Assembly (NCBI GenBank): GCA_964016885.1
Contig: OZ024740.1
Coordinates: 395,126,001 to 395,190,000 of the forward strand
DNA from: Eledone cirrhosa
Lineage: Eukaryota
Direction of reading: 5' to 3'
Length of the DNA stretch: 64,000 nucleotides
The first letter of the stretch is position 1. Each line of letters opens with the position of its first letter. Below the pieces are notes generated by a model that did no database searches, had not been told where the DNA came from, and saw only the letters and a program-made list of their open reading frames with translations. Below are positions 1-10,325 of this stretch, in pieces. A program made the translations under genes and the position numbers.

Positions 1-272
1 ACGTTCGCTGGCAAAGAACGGGAAAAAAATAATGTAATACGTCATTAATAGGTGCGGTGAAAAACAATTATGCGCAAAGACAGAACCACGTTTATGGTAT
101 AAAAGAAGTCGTAGACTAATGTTCTCTTAGGTGGTTCATAGAGACGTTGTCTGGCAATGAACGGAAAAAACGAAGATAATACGTCATATGTGGAGCGTGG
201 AGAACAATTGCATGCAAAGACAAACTCACGTAAATGGTATAGCTGAAGTCGTAGACTAAAATTCTCACTAGG
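1..272. repeat. Two diverged tandem units of ~140-143 bp, running off the left edge of the window
   Basis: ACGTT..CTGGCAA.GAACGG starts at 1 and 144; GAAGTCGTAGACTAA at 105 and 245; TAATACGTCAT and GCAAAGACA occur in both units. Confidence 0.75.
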
Positions 273-324
273 AAACCGAATGAATCTCTGCTTCAGAGTT
301 AAGAATAAAGTAAATATAATACAA

Positions 325-371
325 ATCGAGCCCTCTTTGGATTTTAGTCTTCAAATTTATTATTATTACTA
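325..371. repeat. Conserved element terminus abutting (TA)n
   Basis: ATCGAGCCCTCTTTGGATTTTAGTCTTCAAATTTATTATTATTACTA is identical at 19433-19479; 33 bp of it is inverted at 1842-1874; each copy touches a (TA)n tract. Confidence 0.85.
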
Positions 372-462
372 TATATGTATATATATATGTATATATATAT
401 GTATATATATATGTATATATATATGTATATATATATGTATATATATATATGTATATATATAT
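372..462. repeat. (TA)n microsatellite with periodic TG interruptions
   Basis: Direct reading. Confidence 0.95.
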
Positions 463-648
463 ATAATAGGATATGTGTTCCTTCACGCATAAGGCGCTAA
501 GGGACGCATGTATTGTCCAACCAAATGCCAATGTGGTTCAATGGCAGGTTAATAAATTAACGAGCCAGAACATATATAAACAAGGTTTAGCAAATAATGA
601 AAAAGTTTCAAAATAAATTTTAAAAAATTGACTTTACCTACTATAGTT

Positions 649-731
649 ACCTTTACCGATCGGTTTCGAATCCCAAAAATAAACGGAGACCATACGGCCT
701 TCGTTGCAAAGAAAGATTCTCGTCAGAAGGT
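649..731 (-). ncRNA. Type I hammerhead ribozyme, copy 1
   Basis: Minus strand: ACCTT-CTGACGA-GAATCTT...GGGATTC-GAAA-CCGATCGG-TA-AAGGT. Core CUGANGA/GAAA/UH is intact; stem I ACCTT/AAGGT; stem II GAATCTT/GGGATTC; palindromic stem III ACCGATCGGT; GUA cleavage predicted between 654 and 653. Confidence 0.85.
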
Positions 732-1133
732 TCTTTTCATTCGAAGAATATAAAATTCTTGAATTTAAATTACGAACTAGCGCTATCCAAAACTGTTCCT
801 GAGATGAGAGTGAATGAAGTGGAATCAATTTTTTCAAGGGCCGAAGTAAAGATAGAGGCAGAGGGAGGTAGGTCAAACCGGCCGCAACTATCACTAGCAG
901 CAGTCGGAACAACCCAATTTGTCTCTCAACAATAGCGGAGAGTAGTAATAATAGGATATGTGTTCCTTCACGCATAAGGCGCTAAGGGACGCATGTATTG
1001 TCCAACCAAATGCCAATGTGGTTCAATGGCAGGTTAATAAATTAACGAGCCAGAACATATATAAACAAGGTTTAGCAAATAATGAAAAAGTTTCAAAATA
1101 AATTTTAAAAAATTGACTTTACCTACTATAGTT

Positions 1134-1216
1134 ACCTTTACCGATCGGTTTCGAATCCCAAAAATAAACGGAGACCATACGGCCTTCGTTGCAAAGAAAG
1201 ATTCTCGTCAGAAGGT
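1134..1216 (-). ncRNA. Type I hammerhead ribozyme, copy 2
   Basis: Same sequence as copy 1, offset +485. Confidence 0.85.
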
Positions 1217-1622
1217 TCTTTTCATTCGAAGAATATAAAATTCTTGAATTTAAATTACGAACTAGCGCTATCCAAAACTGTTCCTGAGATGAGAGTGAAT
1301 GAAGTGGAATCAATTTTTTCAAGGGCCGAAGTAAAGATAGAGGCAGAGGGAGGTAGGTCAAACCGGCCGCAACTATCACTAGCAGCAGTCGGAACAACCC
1401 AATTTGTCTCTCAACAATAGCGGAGAGTAGTAATAATAGGATATGTGTTCCTTCACGCATAAGGCGCTAAGGGACGCATGTATTGTCCAACCAAATGCCA
1501 ATGTGGTTCAATGGCAGGTTAATAAATTAACGAGCCAGAACATATATAAACAAGGTTTAGCAAATAATGAAAAAGTTTCAAAATAAATTTTAAAAAATTG
1601 ACTTTACCTACTATAGTTACCT

Positions 1623-1775
1623 ATATATATATGTATATATATATGTGTATATATATATGTATATATATGTGTATATATATATGTATATATATATATATAT
1701 GTATATATATATTTATATATATATATATGTATATATATATGTATATATATATGTATATATATATATATGTATATA

Positions 1776-1807
<32 letters not shown>

Positions 1808-1841
1808 CATATATATATACATATATATATATATACATATA
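1623..1841. repeat. Compound (TA)n microsatellite
   Basis: Direct reading. Confidence 0.95.
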
Positions 1842-1929
1842 TAGTAATAATAATAAATTTGAAGACTAAAATCCTGGATCCTCAGAACCGTCCAGTCGAG
1901 AGATTCCCACACCATTATTCTTCTCTTCT

Positions 1930-2543
1930 CTACTTTTGCCCGACCACACCTTCAATACTGTTGTCCACTGTGGTCTCCTTACACGAAACAAAGTATCATG
2001 AAACTTGAAGCTCCTCAAAGGGCAATCACGAAAAAGATAGATGGCATGTCAGACCTTGACTACTGGGGTCGACTAGAAAACCTGAAACTTTACTCACTCC
2101 AACGTCATCGTGAGCGTTATATTATCTGCATGATGTGGAAAATGTTCCATCATCACTGCCCAAATGATGTTGGCATCGCCTTCAAGATACACCCAAGGCT
2201 TGGGCCCCGTGCTATCCGTCCCATTCAAAAATCTAAATCGCAACTCATAACAACAATACGGCACAATTATTTCACCTCAATCGGCCCTGCTCTCTTCAAC
2301 ATCACACCAGGACACGTCAAAACAGAAACTGACCACACAAAATTCAAGAAGTCTTTGGACAAATTCCTCCAAGTAATCCCGGACAAACCACCCACACCCG
2401 GATATGTCTCCGCAAACAGTAATTCTCTTCTCGAATGGGCCATGGTGCCCAAATCCTGAATTGAAAGACTTCGCCAGGTGGTGCTATTAAGTTAGATATG
2501 GCCTGGGCCAATACTGGCCAAAACATTTCAAAGTTATTCAAAG
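1930..2543 (+). mobile_element. 3' fragment of a CR1/L2-group LINE (RT C-terminus and 3' UTR)
   Basis: In-frame [59 protein letters not shown]...[10 protein letters not shown] (ORF 1998-2459), typical of the CR1-group ORF2 C-terminus. Confidence 0.85.
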
Positions 2544-2571
2544 TATATATATATATATGTATATATGTATA

Positions 2572-2646
<75 letters not shown>

Positions 2647-2685
2647 ATGTATGTGTGTATCTGGATGTATGTGTATGTATATATA

Positions 2686-2738
<53 letters not shown>

Positions 2739-2888
2739 ATGTGTATATATATATATGTGTGTGTGTGTATGTGTGTATGTATATGTATGTGTGTGTGTAT
2801 GTATGTGTGTATATGTATATATATATATATATATATATGTATATGTATATGTATGTATGTGTGGATGAAGGTATGTGTGTATATATAG
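2544..2888. repeat. Compound (TA)n/(TG)n microsatellite
   Basis: Direct reading. Confidence 0.95.
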
Positions 2889-3194
2889 GTGTAAGTGCAC
2901 TAAATCCCTTTCTATCACGCTCCACTCTCCTACCCATCACAGGAAGATATATGTGTATGTATATTGCTTCCACCTCCTCACTGACCAGCAGCTGGCGATT
3001 GCTAAATCTGACCTTTATAAAATAACCCACACCCCAAATAACTTCTCATTCACTACCAGAAAGGGACACAGCAGTCAACCTGTTGTTGCTACCAAGATGA
3101 AAACTGCTATGAAATCCCACAATGAATTTTATACTTGAATTTTCAAGTCTCAAATTTTAACTCTTCGTATTATTAATTTTTCTTAATATTAATC

Positions 3195-3242
3195 AACATT
3201 TGAAAAGATGGCTTTTGCAGACCCATCGAAACCGGTCATTTT
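3195..3242 (+). ncRNA. Decayed minimal hammerhead-like motif
   Basis: TTGAAAA-GATGG...CCATC-GAAA-CCGG-TC: stem II, GAAA and palindromic stem III are present, but the CUGANGA core has two mismatches. Confidence 0.4.
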
Positions 3243-3378
3243 TTATACCCTTTATTATTTCCTTACCTTATAAAATGATGTTTTTTCACAAAAAAGTATT
3301 CTGTCTCTTATATATTCCATGTGCCATTACCAACCTCAATTTTCTCTATAACCTTCGCTTTGTGTAGAAAATTACACT

Positions 3379-3382
<4 letters not shown>

Positions 3383-3468
<86 letters not shown>

Positions 3469-3497
3469 GTATATATATATATATGTATATATATATG

Positions 3498-3528
<31 letters not shown>

Positions 3529-3557
3529 GTATATATATATATGTATATATATATATG

Positions 3558-3589
<32 letters not shown>

Positions 3590-3591
3590 GA

Positions 3592-3655
<64 letters not shown>

Positions 3656-3657
3656 GA

Positions 3658-3740
<83 letters not shown>

Positions 3741-3755
3741 GTATATATATATATG

Positions 3756-3786
<31 letters not shown>

Positions 3787-4012
3787 GTATATATATATAT
3801 GTATATATATATATATGTATATGTATATATGTTTATATATATATATGTATATGTATATATGTTTATATATATATATGTATATATGTTTATATATATATAT
3901 GTATATGTATATATGTTTATATATATATATATATATGTTTATATATATATATATATATGCGTATATATGTTTATATATATGTTTATATATATATATATAT
4001 ATGTGTATATAT

Positions 4013-4059
<47 letters not shown>

Positions 4060-4100
4060 TATATATATGTTTATATATATATATATATATGTGTATATAT

Positions 4101-4192
<92 letters not shown>
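3383..4192. repeat. ~810-bp (TA)n microsatellite with TG/TT interruptions
   Basis: Direct reading. Confidence 0.95.
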
Positions 4193-4194
<2 letters not shown>

Positions 4195-4432
4195 CGAAGG
4201 AAATGTGGTAAGGAACCAGGTGGACCATAACGCAGCAAAGTACTCAATACTTGAGGTAGTAGAGTGGGTAATAGGAACCAGTAAGACCCCGACAGCTGAG
4301 CTCAAGCCGTTTCGACGGCTAATTCTGGACTAAAAAAAAAAATTTAAAAAAATAATTTTTTTTTTTTTTTTAGTCCAGAATTAGCCGTCGAAACGGCTTG
4401 AGCTCAGCTGTCGGGGTCTTACTGGTTCCTAT
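4193..4432. mobile_element. Asymmetric inverted-repeat insertion in (TA)n
   Basis: Arms 4271-4342 and 4361-4432 are reverse complements; the unpaired extension 4193-4270 matches the reverse complement of ~17355-17437. Confidence 0.8.
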
Positions 4433-5034
4433 ATATATATATATATATATAATCACCATCAACGTTTTTATGTCCTCTTCTCCATACATGCATGAGTTGG
4501 ACAGGTCCTTTTCAGCACAGCATCTCTCCATACACATATGTATATATATATTGATTTGCAATATATATAGAAGGGCATCCAACTCATGCCAGTATAGGAA
4601 ATGGACATATGATGATGGTGATGATGATGATGATGTGGAGGAGTAGGTGGGGGAGGAGAATACAGTGGAACCTGAAATAATCAACAGAATTTATCCCAGA
4701 ACCTCATTCATTACCAGAAAAATTCATATTAGAATATATGTATTTACAAACAATTTGTTCCGAAACTTCAATTAAGATCAATACATCAATTTAAACATTA
4801 GTAAAACACAACAAATCAATAAAAATCAAAAGTAGCACATATAAATGAAGATAAGCAAAACAAAAATTAAGAAATAAAACAATCCACACATTATTCCAAA
4901 AATCTTTAACAGATAATATGATAAATCATTAACATGTTATTGCATAATAAATAACATACATGATTGGTAAAATGGAAGAATTACTAGTTAAATCTCTATA
5001 TAAATTTGAGCGACTTCCATCTGTCTGTCACAGA

Positions 5035-5310
5035 ATGTGTGTGTGTGTGTGTATGTGTCTGTGTGTGTGTCTGTGTGTGTGAGTGTGTGCGTGTGTGTGT
5101 GTGTGTGTTTGTGTGAATGTATGTGTGTGTGAAAGGAAGGAAGAGGATAGTGAAAAAAACTATAGCAAAACAGCAGCCAGCGTTCCATTTGCTACACTGT
5201 GAGTGTATGTATATGTTTGTGTAAATGTATGTGTGTGTTTGTGTGAATATATGTGTATTTGTGTGAATGCATGTCTGTGAGTGTGTACATTTATAAGTGT
5301 GTCTGTGTTT
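5035..5310. repeat. Degenerate (TG)n tracts
   Basis: Direct reading. Confidence 0.85.
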
Positions 5311-5779
5311 GAGCATTTATATTTATATACTCATACATATTAAAAATTAAATTAAAGGTTGACTGACATATATAAAATAAACATATCAAACATTGACAGG
5401 GGATAATTTGTAAAGAGTGTAAGCACACATAGTTATGGAGTTAACATATTAAAATTTAACGAGAACTTTCAATATAAATACCTTGCAATAATGATTAATT
5501 TCCTCCTATGTATATATTCCATTAAAGAAATATATTTCACCATTAATAGATGAATCATAGATGTTAAATCCTGGATCGTCTTTAATGGAATATATTCAAA
5601 GAAGATTAATCATTATTGCAAGGTATCTATATCTATATTCAAAGTTCTCGTTAACTTTTAATATATTACCTCCATAACTATGTGTGCTTACACTCTTTAC
5701 AAGTTATCTGCTGTCAATGTTTGATATGTTTATTTTATATATGTCAGTCGACCTTTAATTTAATTTTTAATAAATGCTC
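5311..5779. repeat. Imperfect ~190-bp-arm inverted repeat (fold-back)
   Basis: 5339-5528 is reverse-complementary to 5579-5771 with scattered mismatches and indels; GAGCATTTA/TAAATGCTC at the outer ends; 50-bp spacer. Confidence 0.85.
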
Positions 5780-5884
5780 GGATTTATTCCTTAGAATCTT
5801 TGAGCTTCTACAGGTGGTATGGTGGATGTTTCTGATATTCTCAAACATGACATCTTTCATTTTGTTAATATACTCACACATATG

Positions 5885-6057
5885 AATGAGGTTGGTGTTA
5901 GGAAGGGCATCCTGCTGTAGAAATCAAGCTAGAATCAGTTCTGTATGAGCAAGACATGGTCAACTGACCTGGCATTTCCCACAACAGGACAACCCGTCTA
6001 ACCCATGATAGTGTGGAAGAATGGACGTAAAACGGTGGTGATGATGATGATGATGAT
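5885..6057 (+). mobile_element. RTE-type 3' UTR / SINE tail ending in (GAT)n
   Basis: GGTTGGTGTTAGGAAGGGCATCC...CCCGTCTAACCCATG...GGACGTAAAAC(GAT)n, shared with 16705-16870, 18330-18485, 23100-23310 and 63130-63300. Confidence 0.8.
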
Positions 6058-6159
6058 CAGTATGTTAAAAAATCCTAATTTTTATAAAAAGCAAATTTAA
6101 AAGAAAAAAGAAAGAATTAAAAATATGATAAATTAACAATTGAAAACACAATTTCTCAC

Positions 6160-6294
6160 CTGTGTTTGGCAGGCTGTTCAGTGAAATTGAAAGGCAGTGT
6201 GGGAGAAGGAAATTATTGATGAGAAGAAAAGTCATCTGTTTTAAGTCTCTATGGAGACCTTTCTTCTGCAAGAGGAACATCAGGTTTTGTCTTA
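6160..6294 (-). other. Candidate 135-nt internal exon of an unidentified transcript
   Basis: Minus strand has a polypyrimidine acceptor TTTTTCCTTTAG and donor CAG|GTGAGA; open phase 1-1 frame RQNLMFLLQKKGLHRDLKQMTF...; no recognisable protein homology. Confidence 0.25.
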
Positions 6295-7519
6295 CTAAAG
6301 GAAAAACAACAGAAGTAAAAGATACTTGGGTCACTTCTTAAAAGGAATTATCATTTGGTTTATTCATAGACAATTTGATCTTTTTTATGGAAAGTAGGTC
6401 CTCCTAGGAATTATTTCCCCTGAAAAGCCAGTTTCTATGCAATTAAAATTACTGATGAGGGCAATTACCTTATTCCACAAGTTCATAAAACACAGCAGTG
6501 ACTTTGAGCTGGCAGCCTCATTATGCCACCACAGCACTATCAGTAACTAAGTGAAAAAATGTTTTTGGAAAATGTTATTTGGAAAGAAGTTTCTAAATAT
6601 CAAATTGCATTTATTGAAGTGAAAGTATGATATAAGAGTCACAATGGCATGGTGTACCGAGAAGAAATAGTATTGGAGAGAGCAATGGTAGGTACCTGTT
6701 TGTTGCTGATAGAGAAAAAAAGTATTTGGATGATAGATGCCATTAGGAAGTTGCTTTCAGGAAAGAAAGTGATAGCTGGCTACACTGGTAGCATGCATGA
6801 AGTATAAAGATATATAACTGACTTCTATATCACTGTGGTGGGGGAAGCATTAGATATATATTGGACTAAAAGCATCTCTATTTATGTGGGAAGCATTGTG
6901 CATTAAATATAGGAATGGGTAGATGAGCATCTAAGGAAGCTGTGTATGTAGGAGCTCTGATAGATCCCAAATCATCCCAAATTGTGTGGCAGTGTAGCAC
7001 AGTGAGTATGAGAGAGTTTGTGGGGAGATTGATAGATATGAGAAGGAAATAAATCAAAGAGCTGGGGACAGCTGATGGAAATTTAATAGTGATATATTGA
7101 GCAAGGAACTCAAATATTGATATATCTCTCAAACTCTACGCTACCATTCTGTTAACATTTGTCCTGTTTGTATGAAAGTTCTTTTGTCCACTCTGATCTC
7201 TTCAAACGAAATAAAGTATTATGAAAGTTGAAATGCCATAGAGGTTAATTACAAAAAGGATTGACGGCATGACAGACCTACATGTTCATTTTTCTTTTGA
7301 GCCATTTCAGTTTCATATTTGAAAAGAGTGTAATAGCCCTGAAATATACTGGGTAAAACATTACTTTGTTTCATTTTATTTGTCAGCATTTGCCCATTGT
7401 ATATTTCTACTGCATTGTAACAGTCATTTATTACATATCTCACAATGCTTTGTATTAACTATACCAATATGTGTGTGATGTATGTATGGCAGAAACTCCT
7501 TTGCTAGAGGAAGTCTAAA

Positions 7520-9510
7520 TTGCTGTAAAGAGGCTGAATAGTAGTAAGTCACCTGGGACAGATGGTCTCTGTGCTGAAATCTTCAAATGTGGAAGTGAAA
7601 ATCTACTTCATTGTCTCACTACCTTATTACAAAAGGTTTGGTTTGAGGACAGTGTCCCATATGACTGGAAAGATGCACTAATGGTGGTTAATGATAAAGG
7701 CAAAGGTGGAAGGGACAAGTGTAGCAATCACCATGGGATATCCATTATGTCTGTTGTAGGTAAGGTATTATGTAGGATCATACTGAACAGACTCCTTGAC
7801 AACATCACTAGTGAAATCCTTCCTGAATCTCATTATGGCTTTAGAAATGGTAGGGGGAAAACAGACATGGTGTTTACAGTGAGACAGCTGCAAGAGAAAT
7901 GCATTGAGCAGAAGATGGACATGCATCAGGTGTTTATCGATCTCACAAAGGCTTTTGATACAGTCAATAAATAGACTTAGATTTGCCCTGTGGAATATTG
8001 TCAGGCAACTTGGGTGTCCTGATAAATTTGTCTCTGTGTTGAGATGTTCCTATGATGGAACAAAGGCATGTATCAATGTGGGTGGTAAGCTCTCTGATCC
8101 CATTGTGGTTGAAAATGGTGTTAAGTGCAATGCAAACAGAGTCAGGGCTGGCCCTGACTCTGTTTGCATTGCACTTTTCTATAGTTTTCTTGATGGCTTT
8201 TGAAGGTTGCTCATGTGGGAGGTCTACATTAGATATCAGACAACAGGTAAACTGTTCAACGTCAGAAGATTTGCTGACAGAAAGAAGATATTTACATAAC
8301 TGATATGTGAATTCCTGTATGCTTATGACTGTGATCTTGTCACTCATTCCAAGAGTGACATGCGACATGTTATGGATTCTTTTTCGAAAGCATGTAGTGC
8401 ATTAGGCCTAACAATCAATCTGAAAAAGACAGTGGTGTTGTACTAACCTGCACCAAGCAATGATTACTCTATGCAAACATATATGTCTTTGGCCAGAGAT
8501 TGAAAGTCATGGATAAGTTTGTATATCTAGAGAGCACTGTGAGTATGATAATACTCTGGATGAAGAAACCTCCCTCCGAATCCAAAAGGCAACTTATGCA
8601 TTTGAAAAACTGGATGGACATCTATGGTCTCAGCATGATATTTCCATTGAGACAAAGTTAAAAGTGTATAATGCTTGTGTTTTGTCCTCTTTGTTGTATG
8701 TATCTGAGACTTGGGTCATTACCGAAGGCATCTCAAAAGGTTGGTGCACTTTCATCAATAGTGTCTTCGACATATACAGGGCATCCTCTGGAAGATGTAC
8801 ATGAGTGGCACTGAAGCCCTCAAATGCAGTCAGTTTATCAGGATAGACTCTCTCATATTTTAACATCGATTAAGATGGAGTGGTCATGTAGTGAGAATGG
8901 ATGATGATTGCATCCTTGGCAGTTCCTGTATGGTGAGCTGGTCGAAGGTAAAGAACCGGCACGCAAACCAAAGTTAAGGTACGGTACAAGGATTGCATTA
9001 AAACACACACTGAGGGAGATGAAAATATCAGAGAATGACTTGGAAAACCTTGCTCTAGATTGACTTTCATGGAGGAAGGCAGTGCATGATGGGACAGGAG
9101 AATTTGAAAGAAACTGTATTGAGCATGACCAGCTCAAGCAGTTTGCCTGAGTATCTTGGCATGCAGGTTGATTTAACCTGTCAAGAATGTGGCCAGTTAT
9201 GTCTAAGTGGGGCGGCCCTTGGAAGTCATTAGAGAAGCCACGTACATGGGGACACTGTCAACTGTGTATTGTATGGCATTTCTATTTGCGGGTAGGGAGA
9301 AAAAGTGTATGCCTCAGTTGGTGGACTGAAATGTCATTTAAAAGTGCACCAAAACATCAACATAACACCTACTGCAAGAGGCCCCCATTGTTGCAATGCC
9401 TGTGCTTGAGTTTTCAAGTCTCTAGAAGGACTAAAAAGCAAAGTCCATGCTGCTCATGATTAAGTATCAAGAGAAGGCTTTACTTGAAATCGAGTTACAG
9501 CCATCATGTA
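7520..9510 (+). pseudogene. Decayed RTE-clade (BovB-like) LINE ORF: RT domain and C-terminus
   Basis: SPGTDGLCAEIFK...WKDA...GISIMSVVGKVLCRIILNRL...LPESHYGFRNGRGKTDMVFTVRQLQEKCIEQ...FIDLTKAFDTVN; later YAYDCDL (YADD-like), KVYNACVLSSLLYVSETW and QFLYGELVEG; multiple stops and frameshifts. Confidence 0.9.
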
Positions 9511-10089
9511 TGTATATATAAATATATGTACACAAACACACACACAAACACACATATATATATAATACATTAGTATCGTAAAGTAAAATATAGGTGAACA
9601 TAACACTACATATGTTGGTTTTTAATGCCTATCATCTACAATGTAATCATTTCTACTTCAACACACAATCTCTGATCAAGTCATTTGCCAAACAAGAACA
9701 TCTCAGAAATTATATTTGGCTGTCAACCAATGAAAGAAGTCCATAAATACAAGCTGAAAGAGAGAAAGAGAAGGTTCTGCAATCAAAGTGGCTATGTTTT
9801 TAGTCTGTCTTCTAGAACACTTCTGCTATGAAACATAGATAAATAAATATAAATATAAGTTGAATAGATGAAAGTAACATTAAGAAGCTGAATATATTAA
9901 AATGGGATAATAAACAAAATAACAAAATAAAAAAAAAAAAAAAATATTCTTAAATATATATATATATATGTGTATATGTATGTATGTGTATGTGTGTGAG
10001 TGTGTATGTATGAGTGTGCAGAGATAGACAATGTTTTTTGTTTTTTTTTACTATCGACCATGATAGAAGAGCTGAAAGGAAATTAAATG

Positions 10090-10325
10090 TTGTTGTTTAA
10101 CCCCAGGTTACTTGTGACTGTACAGAGATATGATAAAGAACTCTTATGATAGGATATGCAGTCATATAATCAAGTGTTTAAGTCTCATGATCATCCTATT
10201 TAAAGCTATATTATCCAATACGTATTTCTGTTCTTCAAGATGGTTGGATGTAATTTGCAAAAGATATTTGACTGTTATTACTAGCAATTCAAGTGACCAC
10301 ACAGTGGGTCCCCTTAATTGGCTAG
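10090..10325 (+). repeat. Dispersed SINE-like repeat
   Basis: GTTGTTTAACCC...ATGAT.AAAG...TTATCCAAT...GATGTAATTTG...GCTGTTATT.CTAG; related copies at ~19735-19890 (-), 23840-24010 (+), 24110-24250 (-) and fragments near 16235 and 20855. Confidence 0.6.

Larger units (their letters stand above)
463..1622 (-). mobile_element. 485-bp tandem repeat (~2.4 near-identical units) carrying hammerhead ribozymes; retrozyme-like or Penelope pLTR-derived non-autonomous element
   Basis: Identical spurious ORFs at 634 and 1119 give a 485-bp period; both sides are (TA)n; each full unit has a type I hammerhead on the minus strand. Confidence 0.85.

Noticed and set aside
634-1460. Duplicated 113-aa ORFs as genes
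   Set aside because: Non-ATG start, no recognisable domain, and they overlap the ribozyme; the duplication only reflects the tandem repeat
268-5316. YI/YM/HT/CV-rich ORFs
   Set aside because: Translations of (TA)n and (TG)n microsatellites
6449-6500. CTGATGAGGG...ATAAAACACAGC as a hammerhead
   Set aside because: The core start is present but GAAA and stems II/III are not; at best a heavily decayed relic
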